Positions 23,694-37,093 of a DNA stretch of 64,000 nucleotides are shown one piece after another. Below the pieces are notes generated by a model. That model searched no databases. It was not told where the DNA came from and was given only the letters and a program-made list of their open reading frames with translations. The stretch comes from Massalongia carnosa (lineage: Eukaryota): positions 2,542,001-2,606,000 of the forward strand of contig OZ287073.1 in NCBI GenBank assembly GCA_965645245.1. Reading direction: 5' to 3'. The translations under genes and the position numbers were made by a program. The first letter of the stretch is position 1. Each line of letters begins with the position of its first letter.

Positions 23694-26600
23694 CTACAGT
23701 AGAGTAGATGACAACCTCTGGGGCGCGCCTTGCTTTAGACCGTACAATGCTCGTAATAGCAATAGTAGAATATTAACAGCTCCAGATCCTGACCCAGGCC
23801 ACCCTTCAGGTAACCTACAGTAGGTTGGTTCATCAATAGGGCTATTTGCGAATGCATTTACCGCATCGTATTGCCGTGTTTCGAGATCAAATGCTGCTAG
23901 GATTGCCATTAACGCTCGAAAGATTCATGCAGCCAATGTTGCTGCGAATGTATCTTCCTCGGTGCGTTGAAGATCACCCCTAGCGCATAAGCTTGATTTG
24001 TATTTGACTAGATAACCTTTTTCATCGAATTTATTTGAATACCCATCTCGTTGGTATCGGTGTTTTGCCAGCAATAACAGCTGCTTCGTGTCCGACTTCA
24101 GTCCAGGTATTCTTAGCAATAAGGGCCTGAACCTCTACCTTCATGGCCAGCATGAAGCCTTCTGCATGCGGGTGCTTTAGCATTTGACGATAATGTTCAG
24201 GTTCGGGAGGTAGGCTATCTCTATGAAACCGGGTGCTTAGAACCAGCGTGTTATTTTTGCTAGATTCTTTGCTAGATTCTTTATTGGTGATGTAATAAGA
24301 ACTTGCCATGATGTGGGCTGAGAATTCAGCATGATAAGAATTTAACTCGCCGTTATTAGCATCTGCTAACACTGTTGCGTACGTTTCCTTTCGTTGATTG
24401 GGTATGCGGAGTCTTCCCACCCCCTCAGGCAAGATATTATTCGTATCGAGACTGGAGTTGATATCTTTTGATGCTTTTGGTTTAGCAGCTTTCTTTGCTT
24501 TCGTGCTTTTTGTGAATGATTCGGACGTGGTTGGTGTTGGAAGGTAAGTTCTCTCTTTCATTTGTGAAGAGACCAATTCCTGCACATTCCCATCTTGCGA
24601 TTCCATGCTTTCAACATTTTCCCCCATGTTTTGTGTGTGATTTCCCTCTCCTTCTCCTTCATCAGAATCTATTTCTGTGATTTGAGTGATAGGATCTAGA
24701 TCATGAAGCTCGTAGGTTGTTTCTAGCATTGGTTCTTTGATTGCTTGCAACAAATCAATGTCATGAGCATCGTAGCTTATGCTTTCGTCAAACATCACGT
24801 CTCTTGTGCGAATAATCTTTCGTTGACTAGGTATCCAAACCCGAAAGATATTCCTTGCTTCATAGCCCATGAGATGACCGATATGTGCACGCTCTTGTAG
24901 CTTTTGTTTCTTTGAAATTTGCTTATTTAAAGTGTAGGCTCTGCACCCATACCGGCGAAGATGACTCAGATCGGGTGGATTTCCTATGACAAGCTCATAC
25001 GGAGTCTTCCATTGATGCTTTCTCATAGGTGTTCGATTAGCTATATAACCCGCGGTGCGCACGATTTCTGGCCAAAGATAGATTGGTAGGCCAGCGTCGA
25101 TTCTCATTGCCCGAGCTTTCATGGCCAATATACCTCCCTTTCGTTCAGAGTGGCCGTTTTGCTCAGGTGTATCGGGTGTTGATGATTTATAGGTAATGCC
25201 TTTCTCAATCAGCAGATCTTTGAACTCATTTCCCAATGAACGTTCTCCGTCTGGTCGAATAAATACTACCATTGATTTAAAGCGAGTCTCGATAATATTG
25301 ACAGCTTCTTTGACTATCCTAGCAGCGTCAGATTTGTGAGCGTGGGTAAATACCATATTAAAATCGGTTGCATGGCATGCGAAATGAGAGACCCATTCAT
25401 CTTTATTCATAGCAGTGTTAAGCAGCATGAAATCATATGTGATGCTATAAAAAGGCTCTTTTGCTGATTCTGCATTTTTCGATGATCGAGATACGATACG
25501 ATGTGCTTTAGATAATGCACAAGGCTCGCATTCATTTGTCTTAGGAACTTCCTCACTAGATATTTTCACCCCCTTAGCGGATGTCTCGAGATGCTGTATA
25601 GCTTCATTCGAGGCATGTGCTAAGATTTGATGCCATTTCTGTGCTGTTTCGGTCTTGATGTTAGCCAGTTCCGTCTTCTTAACTTGGAAAGGCTGATACT
25701 TGTTTTGCTGTGTTGTCCTCCATGAGATAATGTCCGTTGTGGCGTTTAACGTAAGCAATAGAAGTTCCATCTCTATGAAGATGAAGTTTCCAATTATCAA
25801 AATACACCCCTTTGATATAGAGCAAATCTTGAGAGACTAAATTAGTCATGAAATCTGAAACATATGCGACGTTTGACAGAGTCATGGATTTGGGACCGGA
25901 TGGAGTTGGCACAGTTATGTATATTGTGCCATAGCTCTCTATTGCTAGGCGTTGTGTGCCAGCAATAAGATACTCTCCATCGGCGTTTCGTTGATATTGA
26001 TATCTTTCTTTCATGGTGCTATTGCACACGTGGCTGTTAGACCCGTTATCCAATATCCATGAATCTCTGATCGTGTAGCTATCTGCTGAGAAAAATGATG
26101 CAGTTTTTATCGATGTAAACGTTCCGAGCTCCTTCTCCTCAGTAGCCTTTTTATTGTTTCTATCCTTTTTTAAATCCATTTGCTTGGAACGTTGAAGAAG
26201 TCTTTCCACCCTAGCTTTGGTTTGTGGATCTTTCATCTTCTCATTAACTTAAGCTTGGGTGGCAGGGTTTGGAGACCAGTTTGAGGATCGTTTCTCTGAT
26301 ACTAGATAGTAGCAGTTGTTATACCAGTGAATCATCCCGCAAAGACATGGATCGGGTGTTTTTTGCCCATTGAATGTCGCTCCATGCCCTTGTCCTTCCT
26401 TCTTTTTCTCGGATGCAAAGGCTGAATGCGTGTTTTGATTGATCTTTTGCGTTTGATGCATTCGAATATAACTGCGAAATTCCTCCACTATTTCGTAGAA
26501 TTCTTCTTCTATCCGATTCTTTAAACCAATCAGATAAGTGTTAGCAAACGCAGCCTCTTTGGTGAGAATAGCCATAATGAAATCACGAATAGGTCGTGTT

Positions 26601-27553
26601 CCTGAGACTTCACTGATTCCGTATGCTTTTCCCTCGGCATAGACCGTCTGCCATTCTTCAATCCATGTTTCCATATCTTGCTTGCCAGGTCCTTTGCAAA
26701 GCTTGTGATATTTGTTCTCTATCTCGATCGAGCGAGCCTCGTCGCTTGGTGCCAACCGTTCTTTCAAGGCTCGAAGGAGGTTCCATGGATGAGCATCTAC
26801 TTTTTGAATATAGGTTGCGTTCTGAACTGTCACCGTCTCTTGAATAAACGTGATAAGATCAGCGTACGCCTTTTGCTGTTTTTCATACTCCCCCAACCGC
26901 AGTTTGTAAATATGTGTTTGTACTTTGAAAACTTCATAGGCTGCTGGGTCGTATGTGCTTGGATCTATTGGTAGGATGAATACCGGTTTGATTGGCGGTA
27001 GAACATCTAACGGCTTTGGTGTAGTCTCTGGGTTTACTAGGTTCCAGATCCCACTATTTGTTGCCCGAGTCCGAACGAATAAGAACCAGGTATCCCAATA
27101 TGCTGGTTTACCGAGCACTATCTTCCGTGTGGAGCTCATGATTGGCTTTTAATTTTGTTCTTTTTTATGCGAGGTGATGTAGATATGCGAATTTAATTGC
27201 AGGGACTTTTGATCTTACCCGTTTTGGTATCTTCTCGATTTATCTGCCATGCTTTGGTTGACTGTGAGCTCTTTAGAACGAGGGATGCGATGCCGGGCTC
27301 ATAACTATCAAGCTGGTTATCGCTTAGATATGCGTAAGCTTTCCAGCTTATTTGTTAGGTAGGTTTACGTTCTAAAAGAGACTCGTTTTGGATTTGATTA
27401 ATTGATCTGGTTTGTTGAAACGCGCCTGGATAATGGGAGGCAGGTTGTCTGGGACGATAAAGGTACAAGAATAAGTGCTGAATAGCTGAATATTTATTAC
27501 ACCGAATAGCTACCTGATAGCGACTGAATAGATAAAATACATGAGAAATCAAC
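23694..27553 (-). mobile_element. 3'-truncated, degenerate Ty1/Copia element (5' LTR ~27306-27553, gag, PR, INT, partial RT)
   Basis: PBS-type GGGCTCATAAC at 27295-27305; WILDNGSNSH, WHQILAH, EQNGHSER, RWVF, LYGLKQ; stops and frameshifts; ends within RT. LTR outer boundary approximate. Confidence 0.9.
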
Positions 27554-27996
27554 GCCTTATTATATCTAAAGAATATTACCCCTATTCGGCTTTGCTGACC
27601 GAACTTCGCAACTTTCGAATGTACGAAGCCGAAAGGATTGATAATCTGATGAGGCCATTGTCGCCATGTATGTCAAAATAGCTACTATAGCTTATTCATC
27701 TTCTCGCGGTTTATCATGCCGTAAAAGAGTGATTTGGAATCTCATCCCGCCACATTAGAAATCGAACTCTTTAAATATTTTGCGATTACCCAATTGAGCT
27801 TAGCTAAAAATAGTTATGCGGGAACTCAAGAAAATGCGGCAATTTAGGAAATTCGCAACATGGTTAATGTCAGGCGATTAGGGGTGACATGACCCGCCAT
27901 GGGTCACATGACCCACGAACCCCTATGAGATATCCCTCAGTTAGCTAGCCTAGACCTCCCATAGATCAATATACACCACTCCTTTTCACCCATATT

Positions 27997-29023
27997 TGTA
28001 ATACGGATGGCGCTAGAAGGATACGTGATCGCCTACGGCGGTTGCGGGATTAACTAGCATGAGCCAGGCCGTAGTACTTAGTCGCACAGCCGTCGAAGTT
28101 GACACGACGCCACCTTGCCACACAACTCCGAATTAGTTGTTACTACGTTCTAGACTGCTTACAGATCAAACACCTGTCGAGGCCGTGGTGGTAGATTGCC
28201 ATGGAGTAAGGCGAACTCCTGTGGAGAAGCCGTGAACTCTATATGGAATCTACTGGCCTACTCGGAGCTACTCGATCTCATGATGGATCAAGAGTTGTAG
28301 CAGGAGGCACGGCTAGCTGGACGCAGCTTGAGCTCGGCCTCCCCGGTGTAAACTTCAGCTTCCACCTTTATTGCTACGTTGGTAGTGATGTCGGCTGAGT
28401 GAACCTACATGACCTTGTGGTCTAGACCTTGTGTCTAGAGGCAGGTCCGCAGTGTAGACAGAGATTCAGTCGGAGGTAACCTTCCACCGCTACGTTGGTA
28501 GTGGTGACGGCGAAATGAAGCTACATAGCCTCGGCGTCTAGACTTTATGTTTAGAGGCAGGCTAGCAATGTAGTGAGGGATCTAGCCGGAGGTAGAAGTG
28601 TTCTACCTTGCAAGGGAAGGTCTAGAAGGCTGCTCGAGGCTGACTAGATGATCCAGCGAACGCCGAGTTCGTAGATGGATCCTGAGGGATGGTTAGATGT
28701 AAGACGATAAGGTCAGAAGTGGGTTGCAAGGCTCCTAAGGTTCCAAAGCTCCCAAGGCTATAGGCTTGGGGTGAGTAGGATAAATACCAGAACGAATCCT
28801 GTAGTATTCGTTAGCAATTAGTCTTTATTCTATGAACAACCTACGTTTGGGTCTCGGACGAGATCTCTTGGTCTGAGCACTTCCACATCCATTAGTTCTT
28901 TGGATCACGTATACTCTCGGAGACCAGCACGTAGTAACTATCTTCCACCTCTCACGCTGAGCATTTCCCCTTTCGAGATCAGTGTCGCTCGTGATAAGCT
29001 TACTGGTCTCGTAGCCCATTACA
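27997..29023. repeat. ~1-kb solo LTR, inverted relative to 15286-16295
   Basis: TGTAAT...ATTACA; its own TSD ATATT. Confidence 0.92.
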
Positions 29024-30501
29024 ATATTCCACATTAGCCCATACAGCTTGATAGTTAATTTAGGATGGTAGTTGATGATAGAAATCATCTCTAGTTAAAT
29101 ATCTATTTTATCTTATCCCATCACCTTTTATGCGTACTTGGTAGCTAGCAATTCACTAAGTGCAACAAATGCTAACCGAGTGACACTTCTATTAGTAGTG
29201 ATATTAGCAGGCCACCTACCAATTAGTGTGGTCTAATCGGATAACAAAATATAATTGATCATATCGAGAACGAGGAAAATCATATAAAGTTCACTGCTCT
29301 GAAGATATTTTTTAATATGATCGGGGCAATAAAATTTCGTCGCTGTAATTTTGAGAACGTAATTTACCGCTATTCCGAACACCCGCTTATTCGGAACTAA
29401 CAAATTTGATACCAGCCTTCGTAATTTTTTATCACCGCCGCATCCGCAAAATTTCTAGCATATGTACTCGGGAATTGATAAACAGGTTCTAGTGAATATA
29501 TATAGCTAGCATAAGCTTATAGAGCTACATTCTACGAGTGTTACAGATGACACGACCGCGCGAACTAACCCGAACCTCTAAAACTTCCTACTTCTCCCCT
29601 TTTCCTACTCTTTCCATATCACCTTTTACCAACCTAGTGATATTTTTCTTTCTTCGTATACCTTTTTTTTTATTTCGAGCAGTTTTTTTAAACCCTAGGT
29701 CACCCTCAACTGTCTCATTAAAAATATGAGGTGTGATCTAAATAAGGTCGTGAAAAGCATTTTGAAAAATAGAATCATCTCGTTTCTTATTTTTAAGTAA
29801 ATATCAAGATATTACAAGATCAGGCACGTATATTAGGTCGAGTTCAAATCGCATTAGGTCTTTAGATACCTGAAAAAATAGTCGATCGTTCTGTTTTTCT
29901 TTCCTTACCTGTGATCCAGCCTCTTTCTCCTTTTTCTTATTTTCAGCTGGTTGTCTTCTTTTCTCCACATCTTCTAAACTCAATACGCGAGCCCCTTGAA
30001 CATCGTATTTGGTGCCCGTATGTTGAGCTCGTTGTTTTTTTCGTGTATTGGTGTTATGGTTATGGTAACATGGTATTATAACTATAGTCGTAGCTCCCTT
30101 TATGGGAAGTCTCAATTGAGACTAGCGTATTTTAAGCTTATATAGGCGAGCAGACTTGCTCATTTAATCAATATCTTTCAACACTCGTATAATCTTGCCT
30201 AGACGCAACAATTGGCTGCTAAAAGCTCCGTATTAGTACGATTTAAGACAATACGATTAGTCATAGCAGGCCTAGCTGCTTTAAGGGTTTTTTGTAGAAG
30301 AGTAAGCTTAGAGGAATCAAGAGTCTGATGGCGAAATAGTAATATAAACTCCTCAACCTCTGAGACTTGTACTATGTTTCCAGATATTGGTGATATTTGG
30401 CCTGAAAGATAACGCGTTTAAATAAGAGTACTAGCGCTAGGTAGAGTGTTATCGTCCGTATAAGGCTTAGCTGATATTTTGTCAAAGGCGGAGTCTAGTA
30501 G

Positions 30502-31070
30502 TGAAGTAACGTACAATACCTGGTCCTGGCGACTGTGATACAATATTGTTTTCGGTACCGCATAAAGTCAAGCAGCTTGCATAATTGAAACGGGGAGACC
30601 TTTTCCCAGCAGGCATTCACTACTGGAAGATGGGATCCACAGGGGCTACACAACGTGATGGTCACAATAGAGGTACAAAATAGGTAGGGTCGGGTCAAAG
30701 GGTAGACTAAATGCTACCATTTTGAAGTGCTTGATCATTCATCTATCTAGAATAGGACAATCCACAACCTAAGCTCTTCTTCCGTACCTTGCCCATACTA
30801 CCTAGTATTTTCGGTCACCGAAACACTTCGGTCACCGAAAGACACGGGTAGATGAGACTAGGCAGGCGAGCTAGGGGAGGTGAGGCGAGGCGCGGGGATA
30901 CTTCGTGTACTACGAAAACACCTCCATAATAAGTTAAGTCCCCACACTATGCCTAACTGGGTTAGGCGGGACCTTATTGTCTTGGTGGTTGTTTTGGCTG
31001 TACGTATCCCACATAGCCACATAGGCCAGTCTTACGTTCAACGAACGCGTACTAGGCCTACCCTATTACA
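30502..31070. repeat. Putative solo LTR
   Basis: TG...ATTACA-bounded non-coding block within the transposon relic; no TSD found. Confidence 0.3.
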
Positions 31071-31090
31071 ATAATAGATAACGACCCTTC

Positions 31091-31586
31091 TATAAGAGGG
31101 ACAGTAGACACTAGTCCTTATGGGTTATAATGCTCAGTGTGACTGCTAATAGATTGGTAGGTGCTAAAGCTAAAAGCTGATTCCCTGAAGATGGGAATCG
31201 AGCTTTCTATATACCCCTTGGGGTCCTATTTACTAACTACTTGTCTGGTTACCTGTCTGCCTTGTTGCCTTCAGCTGAGGTCTAGTAGATAGCCTTGCTG
31301 CCTTCAGCTGAGGTCTAGCAGATAACCTTGTTGCCTTCAGCTGAGGTCTAGCAGATAGCCTTGTTGCCTTCAGCTGAGGTCTCCTAGGCGTCCCAGGCCT
31401 CCCATGAGATCGAGGCTTATCTGAATAGCTTCAGTTGCTGCCTAACAAACTGGTAAGGCTGATTGCTGATGGCTTAGTATTGCTATCCGCCTTATCATGA
31501 CTAAGCATCCGGATTATCAGTCACCCGGTCTTCTTGGGTGAGTCATCCCAGGAGCTAGCGCAGTCCTGTATTGCCGCGCTATTACA
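31091..31586 (-). repeat. 3' LTR of the chromovirus, with ~4 x 33-bp internal tandem repeat
   Basis: Direct repeat of 37094-37589; unit GCCTTGTTGCCTTCAGCTGAGGTCTAGCAGATA. Confidence 0.95.
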
Positions 31587-31963
31587 ATTACCTCCCTTCT
31601 AGTAATGAGCTCCTGCGAAATTCATCCCAGGTAGTTCGTGCGTTCAGCCCATCATCGCGTGGTAATTGCAAGCGGTTAATCGTGCCGATGGCTTTAACGT
31701 CGATGGCCGCTTGAATGCAGGCTAGCAAGAGTTGGGATTTGTAAGAGCTTGGAAGATATTAGGATAACATAACTTGATGCTCTGGCTCAGCCTCATTAAA
31801 AACCTCCCACCTCCCTTCTAGGGAAGGTGCTAGGAAAAGAGCTACTGGCCTGGATGGAATCGAGCATGACGTTACTGCAACACATTGCTGAGCTCCTAGC
31901 GCAGCCTCATTAAAAACCTCCAACCTTTTATCGTGGGCAGGTGGTAGGAAAAGAGTGCTGGCC

Positions 31964-34900
31964 TTATTTAGTCCTCTTTGTGCGTCGTCCTGTTTCTTTC
32001 GCTAATGAGGGAGTCCTAGTGGCCTGAGGGGTGGACTTTGCTGTTGGCTTGGTAGGATTTTTCTCATGAAATTCCCTCAATAGCTTTCGTAGATGTTTGA
32101 CGCCGGCGACGGGCTCCCATGTGTCTTCCGCGTCGGGATAACCTTTCCAATGCACTAGATAATATAATCCAGCCGGTCGTCCGTCTTCTGCTTCTTTTGC
32201 ATAGACTGCACTATCTCGTATGCACTCTACTTCATACTCTTGCATGTCATCATCTTCGAATTCAAGCTGTTCAGCCATTTGTTCGTCTACTACCTCCCTT
32301 CTAGTGGTGTCTCTTTCCAGCAGAGACACATGAAAGACTGGGTGTATTTTCCAACTTTTCGGAAGTTCTAGCTCGTAAGCTTGAGTGCCTACAGGCCTCA
32401 ACACCTTAAAGGGACCCAAGAACTTATGCTCAAGCTTCTTGTTCCTTTTCGTCTTAATATGTTTGCTGTTTAGCCAAACCATATCATCGGGAGCGTAGCA
32501 ACGTTCTTTCACCGTTCTATTGTGATATTTGGCTTGATTGTCTTGGGCTAATTGCAGGTTATTTTTCAACTCTGCTAACAAATCGCGTAGATTTTTAGCC
32601 TGTTCCTCAGCTGTCTTCGACTTCGATCGAGGGTCTTGGTTATCTTCATAACTCATCCTTGGGTGGTAGCCTATATTAGCCTCGAACGGGGTGAGCTTGG
32701 TGCTTGAATGACGGGTGTTATTGTATGCAAATTCAGCGGTAGGGAGCCATTGCACCCAGTCATCTTGCTCGAAACGGCAGTAAGACCTAAGGTAAGCTTC
32801 CATGGTACTATTTTGACGTTCTGTCTGACCGTCTGTTTGTGGATGGAAGGCTGTGCTTAGCCTACGCTTTATCTTCATGTAATAGCATAGGGATGACCAG
32901 AAGTTTGATGTAAATAGCGAGCCCCGATCGGTGACTATGGAGTCAGGTAGGCCGTGATACTTGAACACGCAGTGCCTTAGCACTTCAGCTAACTGTTCAG
33001 CAGTCAGCGTTTTCTTCACTGCCTCATAGTGCACCATTTTGGTGAGCCTATCAACGACGACTAGGATGGAGTCATAATCAACTCCCCTCCAGTCCTTACT
33101 CTTAGGTAAGCCAGTGACCAAGTCCATCGTAATGTCCTTCCACTTATGAGTTGGTATAGGCAACGACTGCAAGTTTCCATAAGGCTTATGCCTCGTAGCT
33201 TTGCTACTCATGCAGACGTCGCAACCCTCTACATAGCGTGCTATGTCTGACTTCATCGATGGCCAGTAGTACTTTCTACTCACTAGCTCAATCGTCTTGT
33301 CTTTCCCGAAGTGCCCTGCCAGCGGATCATCATGATTTAACTCAAGAATTTCTCCTCGTAAGGAGGCTGGGATGTAGGCCTTTCCTTCATGGAATGGACA
33401 GTGGTCCGAGTCCGACCATGGCTCGCTGGAGGGCACCACCTCCTGTGTCCCCGACACGTCACTGTCTTTCAAGGTAGCTAACCTTTTCCGAACAGTGATA
33501 GCGACCTCGTCAACCTGTTGCAACTCAGGAAGACGCTCTAATACTCCCCTAGAAGCGGGTTGAGTATAAGGTGACTCGCGCTGTGCGAGAGAGTTTCGCA
33601 ATGAACTCCAGTATGCCTTCACCTTCGGAACAACCAATGTTCCGCATGTTATGATCTTCCATATTTCACCGTGGTGAGACCCCGTCGGGCCAGAAGCATC
33701 ATCTAACGACTCCCCTGACATTGCCCTCATTAGACAAACGCGTGCGTTCTTATCTGCTAGGGATGTCTGCAAAAGGTGGAGCGTTTTGCGGTTTTCAACC
33801 AGCACTTCGCCATCATCATCGCCAGCGGTAGGAGGTCTTGACAGCCCATCGGCTGGGTTCCTCTTACCCTGACGATAATGGATGCGGAAATTATACCTGG
33901 AAAGCTCTTGAGCCCACCTTACTTGCCTGCCGCTTAGGCGCTTGGTATCCATAAACCTCGTAAGGTTATTGTGATCAGTCAACACGAGAATTTCGTGAGA
34001 CGACCCCTCAAGGTAATGTCTCCAAATTTTGAAGGCCTCGACTATCGCTAATAGTTCAGCATCATGGGTCTCGTAATTACGCTCAGCCGGTAGCATCTTG
34101 CGTGAGTAATAGGCAACAGGGTGCCATTGTCCCTCGTCATCTTGCTGAGCCAATATGCCGCCAATAGCATAACCTGACGCATCGGTTTCCACGCGTACTG
34201 GTTTACTAGCATCGTAATGCCTTAGTACCGGGGCCTCTATGAACGACTTTTTCAGCTTCTCAAAAGCCTCTAGAGCTTCCTCCGTAAGGAACTCGCTTTC
34301 GACACCCTTAGGTGCTTTCTGTCTATGATTAGCGGGCTTTGTTTTCAGCATAGCGGTAAGTGGCCCTGCTATTTTACTGAACCCACGAATGAATCGTCTA
34401 TAGAAATTCGCGAAGCCTATGAACACCTGTACATCGCGTACGCATGTGGGCCGTGGCCAATTTTGCACTGCTTGGATGCGATCTTTTCGCATATAAACAC
34501 CCTTAGGATTGATGACATAGCCTAGGAATTCGACTTCGTCGGTGCTGAATCGGCATTTTTGTAAGTTGCAAAATAAGGCATGCTTGCGGAGTTGTTCTAA
34601 CACCCATCGCACAGCATCTTCATGGGCCTTACCCTTCTGTTCGGTATAGATCAGTATATCATCCAAATAAACGATGCAGAAGACATCCAGTTTTAGTGCC
34701 AACGCTTTATTGATATAGGCTTGGAAGGAGGCCGGAGCATTGGATAATCCGAACGGCATGACGCAGTATTCGAAATGGCCATATCGGGTGCGAAAGGCTG
34801 TCTTCCATTCGTCGCCTTTCTTAATTCTGATGCGATTATAGGCTGCAGTCAAATCCAATTGGGTGTACTGTTTGGCCCGTCCTAGTCGATCTAAAGACTC

Positions 34901-35852
34901 GCCTACTAATGGTAGCGGGTAGCGATTTTTAACTGTCAGATTGTTCAGACCCCTATAATCCACGCAGAGCCTCAGGGTACCATTTGCCTTAGGCACGAAG
35001 AGAATAGGAGCTCCAGCTGGTGAGGTAGATGGCCGGATAAACCCATTAGCCAGGTGAGCATCGAGGTAGGCCCTTAGCACTGTGAGCTCTGTTTCTGATA
35101 GGCTATAAATAGGTCCATATGGAGGCTGCTTTCCATCCACGAGGTCGATCGCATGATCATGTAGCCCGTGCTCTGGTAGCTCGGCTGCACTATCTTCCGA
35201 AAAGATATCTGCGAAATCCTTATAAGCCTCAGGGACCTTGATTTCTTGTACCTTCACTGAGGCTATTCTAGCTCGACGGCTCGAATGGATGTTATCTACA
35301 CCTAGCGCCTTAGCATGGACCACGTAGGTCGGTGTATCTTCTGATAACGCCTCTTCTATGAAGACTTCTGGTTCTATAATCTCTATCCGATGAGTAGTCA
35401 TCAGGGCCGATTGAACGCTTAGTTCTCGCCAATTCAGGGTCCTTGCTGACCAATCGATATCGGGATTGGCTAGCTGCAGGAATGGCATGCCCAACACGAT
35501 ATTATGAGGTATATCTGCTATTAGGAATGTTTCCTCAAAGAAACGTTGCTGACCTAATTGATCAGTTACCCCGAACACCAACAGACCCATGCCATGTGTC
35601 ATGACTTGCTGGTGATTAATAGCTTCCAAACTGACGCTGGAGTGTAACACTGTCAGAGCGCATATATTTGCGTAAGCTCTAGAAATAAGGTTAACTTCAC
35701 TTCCGCTGTCAATTAGTGCTTTTGCTGTTTTTTTAGCGTGTGTTATTTCGTACTCTATGCAGGGTGCGACTTCCAATGTCTTAGGAATTGCCGATGCCTC
35801 TTTGATAGTAGTCGCCGGTAGGGAGGCAGCAGCGGCGACTATGCTTTTTTTG
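31964..35852 (-). CDS. Gypsy pol (PR-RT-RNase H-INT-chromodomain), probably expressed by -1 frameshift
   Basis: LIDSGS, LRLCVDYRGLN, YLDD, ETDAS, GHFG...C..C, HPQTDGQTERQN, GPF, YLVHWKGY..EDTWEP; no internal stops. Confidence 0.96.
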
Positions 35853-36993
35853 GATGGGGACAGTCTTTTACCCAATGTTCGAGGGATCCACAATTATAGC
35901 AGCTATTTTTGTTATTGTCTTGTATCTCGGTCACAGTGCCTAGCGGAATGGCATTGCTATTGGTCGACGGCGCGCTAGTACCAGCCGGAGCCGCATTCCT
36001 GCCGCCTCGGCCTCTTCCGCCTCTATTGCCTCTTCCGTGGTGACTACCTCGATGACCTCTTCCGCCTCGACCTCCGCGATGATTAGTTGGATATGGTTCT
36101 CGGCGGCCCTGATCGTTAGAAGCCGGGGCACCTTGCTCCCGCTTGGAGTAGCCTCTACCTGTTGATGATGGCAACACAGCCGCTCCCTCAGCTAGTTGTG
36201 CATCACTGATGAATTCCGCTATGGTAGCGGGATGTCGATGACCTAGTGCTAAGGAATTCCGAATTATTGGTATGACTCCCGTACGAAGCTTCTGGACCAT
36301 CTGTTCTTCGGTAATAGGATGTTCCGGATCTGCATCGGCTAATATTGTTCGTAGGCGTTGTAAGTAGGCCGCAAAGGATTGAACAGTATCATTGGGACGT
36401 TGTTGTGCATGATGGTACTGCATCCAGGTTCGATCTTTGAAAACTTCTGTAGAGCCTAGTTGATTCATGAGGTTCTTTTTGAACTCCTTCCAGGTAAGAT
36501 TCAGATGACCCCCTCGTGATAGTATCTCATGCCAATTGTCGCTAGGGGTGTCTCGAAGGTAGCTGCCTGCATAGGCTATACGACGATCTTGTTCCGTTTC
36601 AGGCATGCCACTAGTGTTAAAGACAGCCTCGCATTGTCTGGTGAATTCGAACAAGGTCTTATGGTCCTTGCCATAATACGGGTCGGGCGACTTAGCTTTG
36701 AGGTTATACCTGACAGATCGTTCCATGGAGCGAGGACGACGAGACTCTCTTTCCTCGTGCAGTCGTTCTAGTTCCCTTTCATTGGCAGCGAGACGGGTAC
36801 TTTGCTGAGTCAACAAGGTGGCCTGGGCCTGCATGGCTGCTGTCTGTTCGGTCAAATGGGCCTGCATGGCTCTAATCTCGTCGATTAGCTGGTTTGGTGG
36901 TGTTTGTTCCAGCGTATCGTAGTCCAGTAGGTCATCACCCTGATTGGACGTGGGATTGGCCGAATTCTGGCCGCTTCGTCCCCGTGTGTTCAT
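35839..36993 (-). CDS. Gypsy gag
   Basis: 384-aa ORF with retrotransposon gag helices, RGG tract and CYNCGSLEHWVKDC zinc knuckle. Confidence 0.94.
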   Translation of the reverse strand: MNTRGRSGQNSANPTSNQGDDLLDYDTLEQTPPNQLIDEIRAMQAHLTEQTAAMQAQATLLTQQSTRLAANERELERLHEERESRRPRSMERSVRYNLKAKSPDPYYGKDHKTLFEFTRQCEAVFNTSGMPETEQDRRIAYAGSYLRDTPSDNWHEILSRGGHLNLTWKEFKKNLMNQLGSTEVFKDRTWMQYHHAQQRPNDTVQSFAAYLQRLRTILADADPEHPITEEQMVQKLRTGVIPIIRNSLALGHRHPATIAEFISDAQLAEGAAVLPSSTGRGYSKREQGAPASNDQGRREPYPTNHRGGRGGRGHRGSHHGRGNRGGRGRGGRNAAPAGTSAPSTNSNAIPLGTVTEIQDNNKNSCYNCGSLEHWVKDCPHPKKA

Positions 36994-37093
36994 GTTGACG
37001 ATAAATAGGTTGAATTGTTTGGACGGTAGGTGTGATAGGATTGAACTATCAACAGTCGGACCAAGCTATCCTAAGATATGGAGCTTTTAGAAT

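Noticed and set aside
15286..29023. Inverted 1-kb repeats bracketing the HeLo/kinase pair as a composite transposon
   Set aside because: Each repeat has its own TSD (TCTCC; ATATT), so they are independent solo LTRs.
31259..31385. 33-bp repeats as a CRISPR-like array
   Set aside because: No unique spacers; a tandem repeat inside both LTRs in a eukaryotic context.
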